64,000 nucleotides of DNA from Amphiscolops sp. MND2022. Lineage: Eukaryota. This document shows, piece after piece, positions 1-10,249 of the stretch. Numbering within the stretch: position 1 is the stretch's first letter; every line of letters starts with the position of its first letter. The stretch spans positions 73,348,001 to 73,412,000 of the forward strand of contig OZ076409.1 in assembly GCA_964187785.1 (NCBI GenBank). The letters are read 5' to 3'. A program made the translations under genes and the position numbers. The notes under the pieces are model-generated. The model saw only the letters and a list, made by a program, of their open reading frames with translations. It ran no database searches and was not told the DNA's origin.

Positions 1-786
1 TGGTCTTCAGTCATTTTTCACACATTCGGAACTTAACTTAGAAAAATTTCAACCGAAAAACCCATTTTTTGTCAGGTCGAAAATTCAAAGTCAGCTTTTT
101 AAGCAAAATTATCAACTCTGACGTAACCAGTGGGGCCCATGATACTCAAAACAACGATTGGGGTTGGTACCAATGGCTCCAATAACATATGAGTCGCGAT
201 AAGACGTTATTTTGAGCACTATGTCTCAATTGAGTTAAAGATCTCGCCAACCAGTGATCACTGTGAAATGTAAATTCATTAAAAATTTACTCATTTTCGT
301 CAATCACCATGTGCACAGAGTGCGTAGGGTGAGTTCCAGCACTATAATGAGGTTTTTGAAGGCATCGGGTTGCTCAAGGGGTGGTATGAGACATTTTTTT
401 CCTATATACTACTGTATTTTCCAAAAGTTTTAGCCCATTATCTGGAAAAACTAACTTGACAAAATACTTTCAACAACTTTATTCAAAGGTTACAATGTAG
501 ATGAACCCAGTGGTTGATCAAAAATTTTCATCTCTTTCGGTTTCCGAAATAATTCCCTTCGAATGTGTTACATTTGTAGCAGGAAAAAAACCGAAACTAA
601 AAAATACGCGATTTTGCTGAGATAGAATCGCAATGGTTGCCCCTAAAATCTCTTTAAATACTTCTAACGCGACCTTATGGACCCAAAATGATTGAAAATG
701 CCATTCACAATGCTGACATGTGCTCTTTCGACGATCCTGGCTAGACAAGTTTTGCATATTTTTCAAGTACCTGTTAACTGAATTTT

Positions 787-834
787 GTGATAGCCTTTTA
801 AGTTGGCCTTGTGTCAACTTGGGAAGGCTATCAC
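787..834. repeat. Short-class internal inverted repeat (representative; also 3456-3498, 5579-5626, 47275-47324 and other short units)
   Basis: GTGATAGCCTTTTAAGTTG-gccttgtgt-CAACTTGGGAAGGCTATCAC. Confidence 0.85.
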
Positions 835-1161
835 ATCAAAAAACTTTCATCAAAAATACTTTTTGTTTATACAATAATGTAGTCGATAGTTATTTTCGTG
901 ATTTTACACTACCGTTAGTACCTTCCGCCAGGTCAGCTGACGATTGCATGCTGTCTTTGATAAAAACGTATGAACACCAAGAAAATTTTGTTGTATTTTT
1001 GTTGAAGAAAAGTATTAATAAATAATAAAAATATAATTCTAACCCTAAACAACTATAAATTTGCTTAACCGTTATTAGTCCTACCACCTATCATCAGCCT
1101 ATGCCATGGCCCGGTGATTAGTAGTACAACGCCCCATAAAGTAGCGACGCCCACAGTCTGT

Positions 1162-1181
1162 GGGCATGCCGAGGCATGCCC
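1162..1181. promoter_or_regulatory. Invariant GGCATGCC-GA-GGCATGCC element (candidate protein-binding site, p53-family RE-like); one per junction
   Basis: GGGCATGCCG AGGCATGCCC is 19/20 to RRRCWWGYYYRRRCWWGYYY; the core is present at all 22 junctions. Function is inferred. Confidence 0.5.
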
Positions 1182-1211
1182 TTCGACGACGTATGGCAAT
1201 TTTAGCGTAGC

Positions 1212-1239
1212 CCGCGGTCACTACCGCGGTAGCAGCTAG
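1212..1239 (+). terminator. Helitron-type 3' terminus: 18-nt hairpin plus CTAG (representative copy)
   Basis: CCGCGGT-cact-ACCGCGG ends 10 nt before the end of CTAG; covarying versions occur at most junctions. Refers to a rolling-circle replication terminator, not a transcription terminator. Confidence 0.7.
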
Positions 1240-4037
1240 GTGGCGGGGGGCTGTCCCCAATAGAATATAGTGAGGTAGGGTAGGGTTCCCTACCGAACAT
1301 TCAGTACTGAAAGACTCTTGTAGTATGAAAATTTTCCGATGTTTTGAGACCGATTTCGGATTCCACCCGTCAGAAGTTTATGATTTTTTGGCCCCCACCC
1401 AGATTTTGGGCACTGATCGCCCCCCACCAGGTTCCATACCCGTGGTTTCGTTGTGACGGGTACACGAGCGACCGTTAGGGGTCAATCAGGGGGTAAAATT
1501 TATAAAAGTGTGAATAACTTTTCCCCCCGTCGTTTTAGCAGGTCCGGTCACTAGTAAAGGTTTGTTGGGCATCATGCAGTGGGTACGGGGGGCCAAACAA
1601 AAATTTTCTATCATGCACCGTTACGGACTTGGCCCCCCGCCCAAACCGCTATTTTACCGGAAATTGCACTTTTTGAACGGGAAGGAGTCGTCTGAGCGCG
1701 GAGTCGTTTGGTAATGTTTTGTAGAGCATCTGAAGACGTGGTGGGGGACATGTAGTTTGCCGACCCCAGTTTACCCCTCGGACGGGAAATGACCGTTATG
1801 TTAGTTTTAAAATTGCCCCCCGTCAACTTTAACCGCTATTTCTGGTGTGAAGGAGTCGGAACAGCGTGTCGGGTGCTATATATCAAAAGTAGCTTTAAAC
1901 AAGGACCTATCAGAAACATGTGGTTTGGGACCCTTTGAACGGACCCGTTAGCCGGAAATAGGGTGACCGCCTCCTTTTTTTGGTGTTAAAACCGTAAAAC
2001 GGGCATTAAAGTGAAATTATCTCGTGAACGCGTGGAGCAATCGTGTCCATCACTCCTACAAGGTTTCATACCCATGACATGGTGTCTTCAGGGGGGCAAA
2101 CAGATCAGCGCTATCTATCACCGTTACGGACTTTGCCCCCCAGCCTAACCGCTATATTACCGGAAACTGCCCTTTTTGACCGGGAAGGAGTCGTCTGAGA
2201 GTGGAGTCGTTAAGTAATGTTTTGTAGAGCATCTAGAGACGTGTTGGGGGACATGTAGTTTGCCGACCCCTGTTTACCCCTCGGACGGGAAATGACCGTT
2301 ATGTTAGTTTTAAAATTGCCCCCCGTCAACTTTAACCGCTATTTCTGGTGTGAAGGAGTCGGAATAGCGTGTCGGGTGCTACATATCAAAAGTAGCTTTA
2401 AACAAGGACCTATCAGAAACATGTGGTTTGGGACCCTTGGAACGGACCCGTTAGCCGGAAATAGGGTGACCGCCCCCTTTTTCTGCGGTTAAAATTGTAA
2501 AACGGGCATTGAAGTGGAATTATCTTGGAAACGCGTGGAGCTATAGTGTCCTTCACTACTACAAGGTTTCATACTCAAGATACGGTGCCTTCAGGGGGGA
2601 AAACAGATTACCGCTATATATCACCGTTACGGACTTGGCCCCCCAGCCTAACCGCTATGTTACCGGAAATGTCATTTTTTGAGCCAAAAGGGTTAGTCCC
2701 AGCGTAGGAACGTCAGGTAACTTTATGTAGAACTCAATGAGACGAGTTGGGGGATATGGTTTCAGTCACCCCCCGTTGACCCGTTAGACCGGAAACGACC
2801 GTTATGTAGTGAAAAATGTAATTTTTATACTTTTTGAAGGCCATTTAGGGCAGGAAGTATCGGTAATATGTCTTTGGACAGTATACAATGAAAGTTTTGG
2901 TGTGAAACAAGCAATCTGAAATATCCGTTATTATGATTCGGAAGTCACACTAACAGCGAAAATGACCGTTATGTAGTGAAAATTTTTTTCACATTTTTTT
3001 TGCTTTCGATAGGTCCTTCAAGCCAAGAAGTAGCTGTATTAGGTCTTTGGCCACTTTATGATGATTGTGGTGTTGTGAGATGACCGTACGAACTTGACCT
3101 TTATAATGCCCCTGAAGTTGCTGCGGCACGAGAAATTTCAGAAAGTTTGTCTTTTCTGTGTTTTGTTGGAATAAACATTTAATTTCATTAAACCAATGTG
3201 CATTCAGGGTGTTTAGAAAGCTTCAAGAAAAGAATTTAATAGGAAACATGGCGGTGAGAAATAACAAATTGCCACGTAAATCCAACCACCGTTGGGGAAT
3301 AAATGTAATAAATTGTTTTGGAAGTGCCAATCGACGTGTATTTGGGGATCATAGCCACGGTATTGTCTATTCGTGTTTCTTTTTGAAGACTTTGAACATT
3401 TTCACTTTATCAGCTTGAGGTTTTAACTCTATATGCTTAATAACCGTTACAATATGATAGCCCTCAAGTTGACCTTGTGTCAACTTGAAAGGGCTATCCT
3501 TTCACAACTGCGCAGCAACAGTGTGATTGAGTGATTTAGTTATTATCCAAGGCCAATTTGAACTTCAACAAGATTTTAACCACAATATTTAAAACTATTC
3601 ATATGATTCTTTCAAAAGGGTAAATATTTAACTAATATTTGACAAAAAAACTCCAACCTTTAATTTGTGGACCGAATAGTAGGAAAACCATGTTTCTTAA
3701 CGTTGTTGGATGAAATTCAAAATGATGCTTTTAAAAGAATAACAATTCTTGACACTATATATTTTTTCTATTTTCCAATAAACTATTTTTCCAAAAGTCT
3801 ATTTTTCCAATAAACATTGTTGATTGATGCCCATTCATAGTGACTGGAAAGTTTTACCAACTGTGGTGTTTTTTTTAATCAGAGGTGAAACCGTTCCCTA
3901 CCGTCGCATAATGTAATTCAAGCCGACGCCCACATGCCAACATCAACGCCCACCGTCCGTAGGCATGCCGAGGCATGCCTTTCGACGACGTATGCCAAAT
4001 CACGCCCCTGCGAGGTCACTAAAGCGGTAGCGGCTAG
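1240..4037 (+). mobile_element. Divergent 2798-bp unit with its own body and ~503-bp internal repeats
   Basis: Body is not obviously alignable by eye to other units, but it shares the junction motifs, the TAGGGT-loop 5' hairpin and the internal GATAGCC..GGCTATC hairpin. Confidence 0.65.
1610..2810 (+). repeat. ~503-bp tandem repeat, about 2.4 copies
   Basis: ACCGTTACGGACTT at 1617, 2120 and 2623; GACCGTTATG at 1791, 2294 and 2797. Confidence 0.9.
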
Positions 4038-6025
4038 GTGGGCGGGGGTAATTCCCCAACAAAAATTACGGCCGGCGGGTTGGGTCCTGCCGGACGTTCA
4101 AATAGCGCGAAGCATCTAGTAGAAAACAAGGAGTCCTGAAACAGCGATTTTAAAATTGAACCGTTAGAATTTGGTTTTAGATTGCATGCGGCCCTAAAAT
4201 CCCCATACGAATGGAAGTTTCTGCTGGCGTTAAGCGATTGAAATAATATATAAAAAGTTATGGCCCATTTTTGGGTCACCGAGAAGGTCAAAATGAAGAA
4301 AATTTTAACTAAGTTGCTGATAACTCAAAATGTGTTAATTTTTGGACTTTGACTGTGAAACAAGCTTGGAACCTTCATTTCGTGGCTGTGGCATTGCACT
4401 GAACACAAAAGATGTAAAGTTTTCACATTTTTTGAAAATTCGACATTTTTGAATTTTTTTTCACTACTATCTGTACACTATATGTCAAAAACACCTCTGA
4501 AAAATTTTTTTATTTGCTTAAATTTAGAAACCTCGGTATCCATGGTTTCCGTCAGTACCTACTTGCTGCCAAACACTCAACAGTTTGCATCCAATGTGAA
4601 AATAAAATTTTTTTCGAGGTCTTAGGTGTTTCACAAAGATTTCTCAACTTAGTATCAATTTACAAATTGGTCATTTTGAACACATTATTTTCATCGAAAC
4701 GTGTCATATACCGCCCTAATGCTCACGAACGGGCCTATTGGCAACGTTGGAACCATTTATAGTAATAAAAAGTTTTAAAAAAATTTTTTCACCCCGTCTT
4801 CAGTCATTTTTCAGTCATTCGGAACTTAACTTAGAAAAATTTCAACCAAAAACCCATTTTTTGTCAAGTCGAAAATTCAAATTCAGCTTTTTAAGCAAAA
4901 TAAATAAATCTGACATAACCAGTGGGGCCCATGATACTCAAAACAACGATTGACACTGGTATCAATGGCTCCAATAACATATGAGTCGCGATAAGACGTT
5001 ATTTTGAGCAATACGTCTCAATTGAGGTAAAGATCTCGCAAGCCAGCGATCACTGTGAAATGTGATTTCATCAAAAATTTACTCTTTTTTGTCAATCACT
5101 ATGTGCACAGATTGCGTAGGGTGCGTTTCAGCACTATAATGAGGTTTTTGAAGGCATCGAGTTGCTCAAGGGGTGGTATCAGACATTTTTGTCCCATATA
5201 CTACTGTAGTTTCCAAAATTTTTACCCCAATATCTGGAAATACAAACTTGACAAAATACTTTCAACTACTTTATTCAAAGTTTACAATATAGATGAACAC
5301 TGTGGTTGATCAGAAACTTTCATCTCTTTCGTTTTCCGAAATATTTTCCTTCGCATGTGTTACATTCGTAGCAGAAAAAAAATCGAAACTGAAAAATACG
5401 CTATTTTGCTAATATAGAATCGCAATGATTGTGCCTAAAAACTCTTTAAACACTTCTAACGCAACCTTACGCACCCAAAATGATCGAAAATGCTATTCAC
5501 AATGGTGACATGTGCTCTTTCTACGATCCTGGCTGGAAAAGGTTTGCATATTTTTCAAGTACCTGTCAGCTAAATCTTGTGATAGCCTTTTCAGTTGGCC
5601 TTGTGTCAACTTGGGAAGGCTATCACATCAAAAAACCATCAACAAAAATATTTTTTGTTTATTGGATCTTACAGTCGATACTTTTTTTCGTGATTCTATA
5701 CTACCGTTAGTATATTTCATCAGGTCACCTTACGATTGCATTCAGTCTTTGATAAAAACCTATGAACTCAAAGTCACATTTATATATTTTTTTGCCAGAA
5801 AATAACATCAAAAATATCTAAAATATATAAAATAGAGTCTTTAACATTTTTACGTTTCAAGTTTCTGCCGTTATTAGGCCAATCAACGTCCTAGAGCCAC
5901 ATCCTGCCACATACTGTACAACGCCACATAGTGTTGCGACGTGCACAGTCTGTGGGCATGCCGAGGCATGCCCTTCGACGACGTATGCCGAATACCGCGG
6001 GCCTACGCCCGCGCTCCCCGGCTAG
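4038..6025 (+). mobile_element. Short-class unit, 1988 bp (head H1, tail b)
   Basis: Close copy of 14774-16763 and 47738-49724; ends CGCGGGC-ctac-GCCCGCG ctccccgg CTAG. Confidence 0.72.
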
Positions 6026-8015
6026 GTGGGCGGGGGTAATTCCCCAACAAAAAAATCGGCCGGCGGGTCGGGTCCTGCCGGCCGTCCAAAATCAAAATCC
6101 TCCTAGTAGAAAACGGCATGTCAAACGAGCTATTTTTTTATTTAACCATTAGAATTTCACCATTTTTTGCATGCGGCCCTGAAATGGCCATACGAGACGA
6201 AGTTCCTGCTGACGTTTTGCGATGTAAATGTTTTATAAAAAGTTATGGCCGATTTGTCATTCACCTAGAAGGGTAAAATGAGGAAAATTTTAACAAAGTC
6301 GCTGATAACTCAAAATGTGTTAATTTTTGGACTTTGACTGTGAAACAAGCTTGGAACCTTCATTTCGTGGCTGGGGCATTGGACTGAACACAAAAGATGT
6401 AAAGTTTTTACGTTTTTTGAAAATTCGACATTTTTGAAATTTTTTTCACTACTATCAGTACCCCATATGTCAAAAACACCTCAGAAAAAAATTTTTATTT
6501 GCTTTAAATTGGAAACCTTGGTATCCATGGTTTCTGTCGGAACCTACTCGCAGCCAAACACCCAACAGTTTGCATCCAATGTGAAAATAAAAATTTTTTC
6601 GGGGACATAAGCGTTTCACAAGGTTTTCATGTTTTAGTATTAAATTACATAGTGGTCATTTTAAACATAAAATTTTGGTCCAGGTATGTCGGATATAGTC
6701 TGAATGCTCACGAACGGTCCTACTGGCAACGTAGGAACCATTTATAGTAATGAAAAGTAATAAAAAAATTTTTTTAACCGGTCTTCAGTCATTTTTCAGA
6801 CATTCGGAACTTAACTTAGAAAATTTTCGAACCAAATACCCATTTTTTGTCAGGTCGAAAATTGAAATTCAGCTATTAAAGCAAAATTTTTTACTCTGAC
6901 GTAACCAGTGGGGTCCATGATACTCAAAAATACGATTGGGACTGGTACCAATGGCTCCTATATCATATGAGCCGCGATAAGACGTTATTTTGAGCAATAC
7001 GTCTCAATTGAGGTAAACATCTTGCAAGCCTGGGATCACAGTGAAATGTAATTTCATCAAAAAATTACTCATTTTCGTCAATCACTATGTGCAGAGAGTG
7101 GGTAGGGTGAGTTCCAACACTATAATGAGGTTTTTGAAGGCATAGGGTTGCTCAAGGGGTGGTATGAGTCATTACTTTCCTCTATACAACTGTATTTTCA
7201 AAAACTTTTAGCCCATTATCTGGAAAAATTAACTTGACAAAATACTTTCAATTAATTTATTCAAAGGTTACAATATAGATGAACACTGTGGTTGATCAGA
7301 AACTTTCATCTCTTTCGTTTTCCGAAATAACTCCTTTCAAATGTGTTACATTTGTAGCAGGAAAAAAAACTGAAACTAAAAAATACGCGATTTTGCTGAG
7401 ATAGAATCGCAATGGTTGCGCCTAAAATCTCTTTAAATACTTCTAACGCGACCTTACGGACCCAAAATGATTGAAAATGCCATTCACAATGCTGACATCT
7501 GCTCTTTCTACGATCCTGGCTGGACAAGTTTTGCATTTTTTTCAAGTACCTGTTAACTGAACATTGTGATAGCCTTTCAAGTTGGCCTTGTGTCAACTTG
7601 GGAAGGCTGTCACATCAAAAAACTGTCAACAAAAATACTCTTTGTTTATAGGATAATGCTGTCGATGCTTCACTTCGTGATTCGATCATGTCGTGAGTTC
7701 CTTCCATCAGGTCAGCTAACATTTGGATTCAGTGTTGGATAAGAACCTATGATTTTCATGACAATTTTAGTTCTTTTTTGTCAACAAAAAGTACAAATAA
7801 ATGATATAAAACATATTTGTAACCTTTAGGAAGTTTAACTTTACCTTTATTTACCGTTGCCATCGCCACCCACCCCCTACGACCTCGCAGTGTCCTCATT
7901 ACAACGCCACATAGTGTAGCGACGCCCACAGTCTGTGGGCATGCCGAGGCATGCCCTTCGACGACGTATGCCAAATATAGCGTTAGCCCGCGGTCACTAC
8001 CGCGGTAGCAGCTAG
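6026..8015 (+). mobile_element. Short-class unit, 1990 bp (head H2, tail c)
   Basis: Body and tail match 41773-43762, which has a different head. Confidence 0.72.
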
Positions 8016-10249
8016 GTGGGCGGGGGTAATTCCCCAACTAAAAATTCGGCCGGCGGGTCGGGTCCTGCCGGCCGTCCAAAATCAAAATCCTACTAGTAGA
8101 AAACGGCATGTCAAACGAGCTATTTTTTTATTTAACCGTTAGAATTTGGGTTTAGATTGCATGCGGCCATGAAATGGCCATACGAATTGAAGTTCCTGCT
8201 GACGTTTTGCGATTGAAACACTTTATAAAAAGTTATGGCCAATTTGTCAGTCACCTAGAAGGGCAAAATGAGGAAAATTTTAACAAAGTCGCTGATATCT
8301 CAAAATGTGTTAATTTTTGGACTTTGACTGTGAAACAAGCTTGGAACCTTCATTTCGTGGCTGTGGCATTGCACTGAACACAAAAGCTGTAAAGTTTTCA
8401 CATTTTTTGAAAATTCGACATTTTTGAAATTTCTTTCACTACCATCAGTACCCCATATGTCAAAAACACCTCAGAAAAAAATTTTTATTTGCTTTAAATT
8501 GGAAACCTTGGTATCCATGGTTTCTGTCGGAACCTACTCGCAGCCAAACACCCAACAGTTTGCATCCAATGTGAAATAAAAAATTTTTTCGAGGTCATAA
8601 GCGTTTCACAAGGTTTTCATGATTTAGTATTAAATTACATAGTGGTCATTTTAAACATAAAATTTTGGTCCAGGCATGTCGGATATAGTCTGAATGCTCA
8701 CGAACGGTCCTACTGGCAACGTAGGAACCATTTATAGTAATAAAAAGTATTTAAAAATTTTTTTCACCCGGTCTTCAGTCATTTTTCAGACATTCGGAAC
8801 TTAACTTAGAAAATTTTCGAACCAAATACCCATTTTTTGTCAGGTCGAAAATTGAAATTCAGCTAATAAAGCAAAATTTTTTACTCTGACGTAACCAGTG
8901 GGGTCCATGATACTCAAAAATACGATTGGGACTGGTACCAATGGCTCCTATATCATATGAGCCGCGATAAGATGTTATTTCGAGCAATACGTCTCAATTG
9001 AGGTAAACATCTCGCAAGCCTGGGATCACAGTGAATTGTAATTTTATCAAAATTTTACTCATTTTTGTCAATCACTATGTGCACAGAGTGCGTAGGGGGA
9101 GTTGTAGCACTATAATGAGGTTTTTGAAGGCATCGGGTTGCTCAAGGTGTTGTATGAGACATTTTTTTCCTATATACTACTGTATTTTCCAAAACTTTTA
9201 GCCCATTATCTGCAAAAACTAACTTGACAAAATACTTTGAGTTACTCTACTCAAAGCTTAGAACATAGATGAACACTGTGGTTGATCAGAAACTATTTAC
9301 TATTTTGTTTTTAGAAAAAACTGCCTTGCATGTGTTACACTAGTGGCAGGAAAAATACCAGTAGCTCCAAAAATCACAAATTTGGACGGACAGACTTGCA
9401 ATGATGCAAAGCAAAAACGTTTCAACAACTTCTGACGCCACTTCTTTTACCCAAGAGGTTCGAAAACGCCATTAACAAGGCTGACATTCGCAATAAATAA
9501 GATCGAGGTCCATTTACTAACACTTAGGTTTCAAATTTGTTTCTGAGAAACCCATTTTTGTCAGGTCGCAATTTCAAATTTAATTTGGGAAGCAAAATTT
9601 TTCACTCTGAAGCAAACCGCTGGGCCCAAATTACTCAAAAACAACAAAAAGACTATCACCATATGCTCTAATAACATATGAGATGCGACAGTATGCTTTT
9701 AACACAAAAACTCTCATCCGAAGTAAACATGTTGAAAGCCTTGAATCACCGTGAGAAGTGATTTCATCAAAAAATATTTCTTTTTCGTCAATCACTATAT
9801 ACACAAAACCCGTTGTGTTAGTTTCAGCCGTGAAATGAGGTTCTACCGTAATATGGGTTGCTCAAGGTGTTGTATAAGAGAAAATCGTCCTCTTTTCTAC
9901 TAACTTCTTCAAATATTTCGACCCTTTGTCACACGAAGTTAATATTCAAAATCTCTTTGAATTGTTTCTTTAGGTTGGGATGAAGTGGTAGAACAATAAC
10001 TTTGATCGAAGAATGCTAGTATTGGTGTTTGGACCATGTTTGGATGAACAAATCGCAAAATCATGAAAAATTTGTTTCTTTTTTTGGTTATTTTGGCAGT
10101 ACTAAAAATGTTAGCTGACAAATAATTTTTTCGATAGCACCATTGGATTCCGCTCAAAAAGTTGGTTATATGACATGTGTAATAACGCCGTATCTTTTCA
10201 ATTTAAATATATTTAAAAAGCCAACTTTTTTGACCAAAATCCTAAAAAT

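Larger units (their letters stand above)
1..1239 (+). mobile_element. Partial short-class unit (3' part), tail type a
   Basis: Colinear with the 3' part of unit 16764-18760; ends CCGCGGT-cact-ACCGCGG tagcag CTAG. Confidence 0.7.

Noticed and set aside
1231..1245. Bracovirus-type direct-repeat junction (AGCT core)
   Set aside because: AGCT is not conserved (GGCT or TGCT at many junctions), and the segments carry no genes.
1274..1287. Telomeric repeat (GGTAGGGTAGGGTT)
   Set aside because: Only two TAGGG units, explained as the stem and loop of the head hairpin.
1125..1294. Tandem RNA gene (5S rRNA, tRNA, snRNA, SL RNA) with variable spacers
   Set aside because: I recognise no such RNA, no A/B boxes or Sm site, and the left and right halves reassort independently. 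An Rfam search would settle it.
4038..6025. LTR, TIR/MITE or non-LTR retroelement identity
   Set aside because: No terminal inverted or long direct repeats within a unit, no poly(A) tail, no target-site duplications and no 5' truncations.
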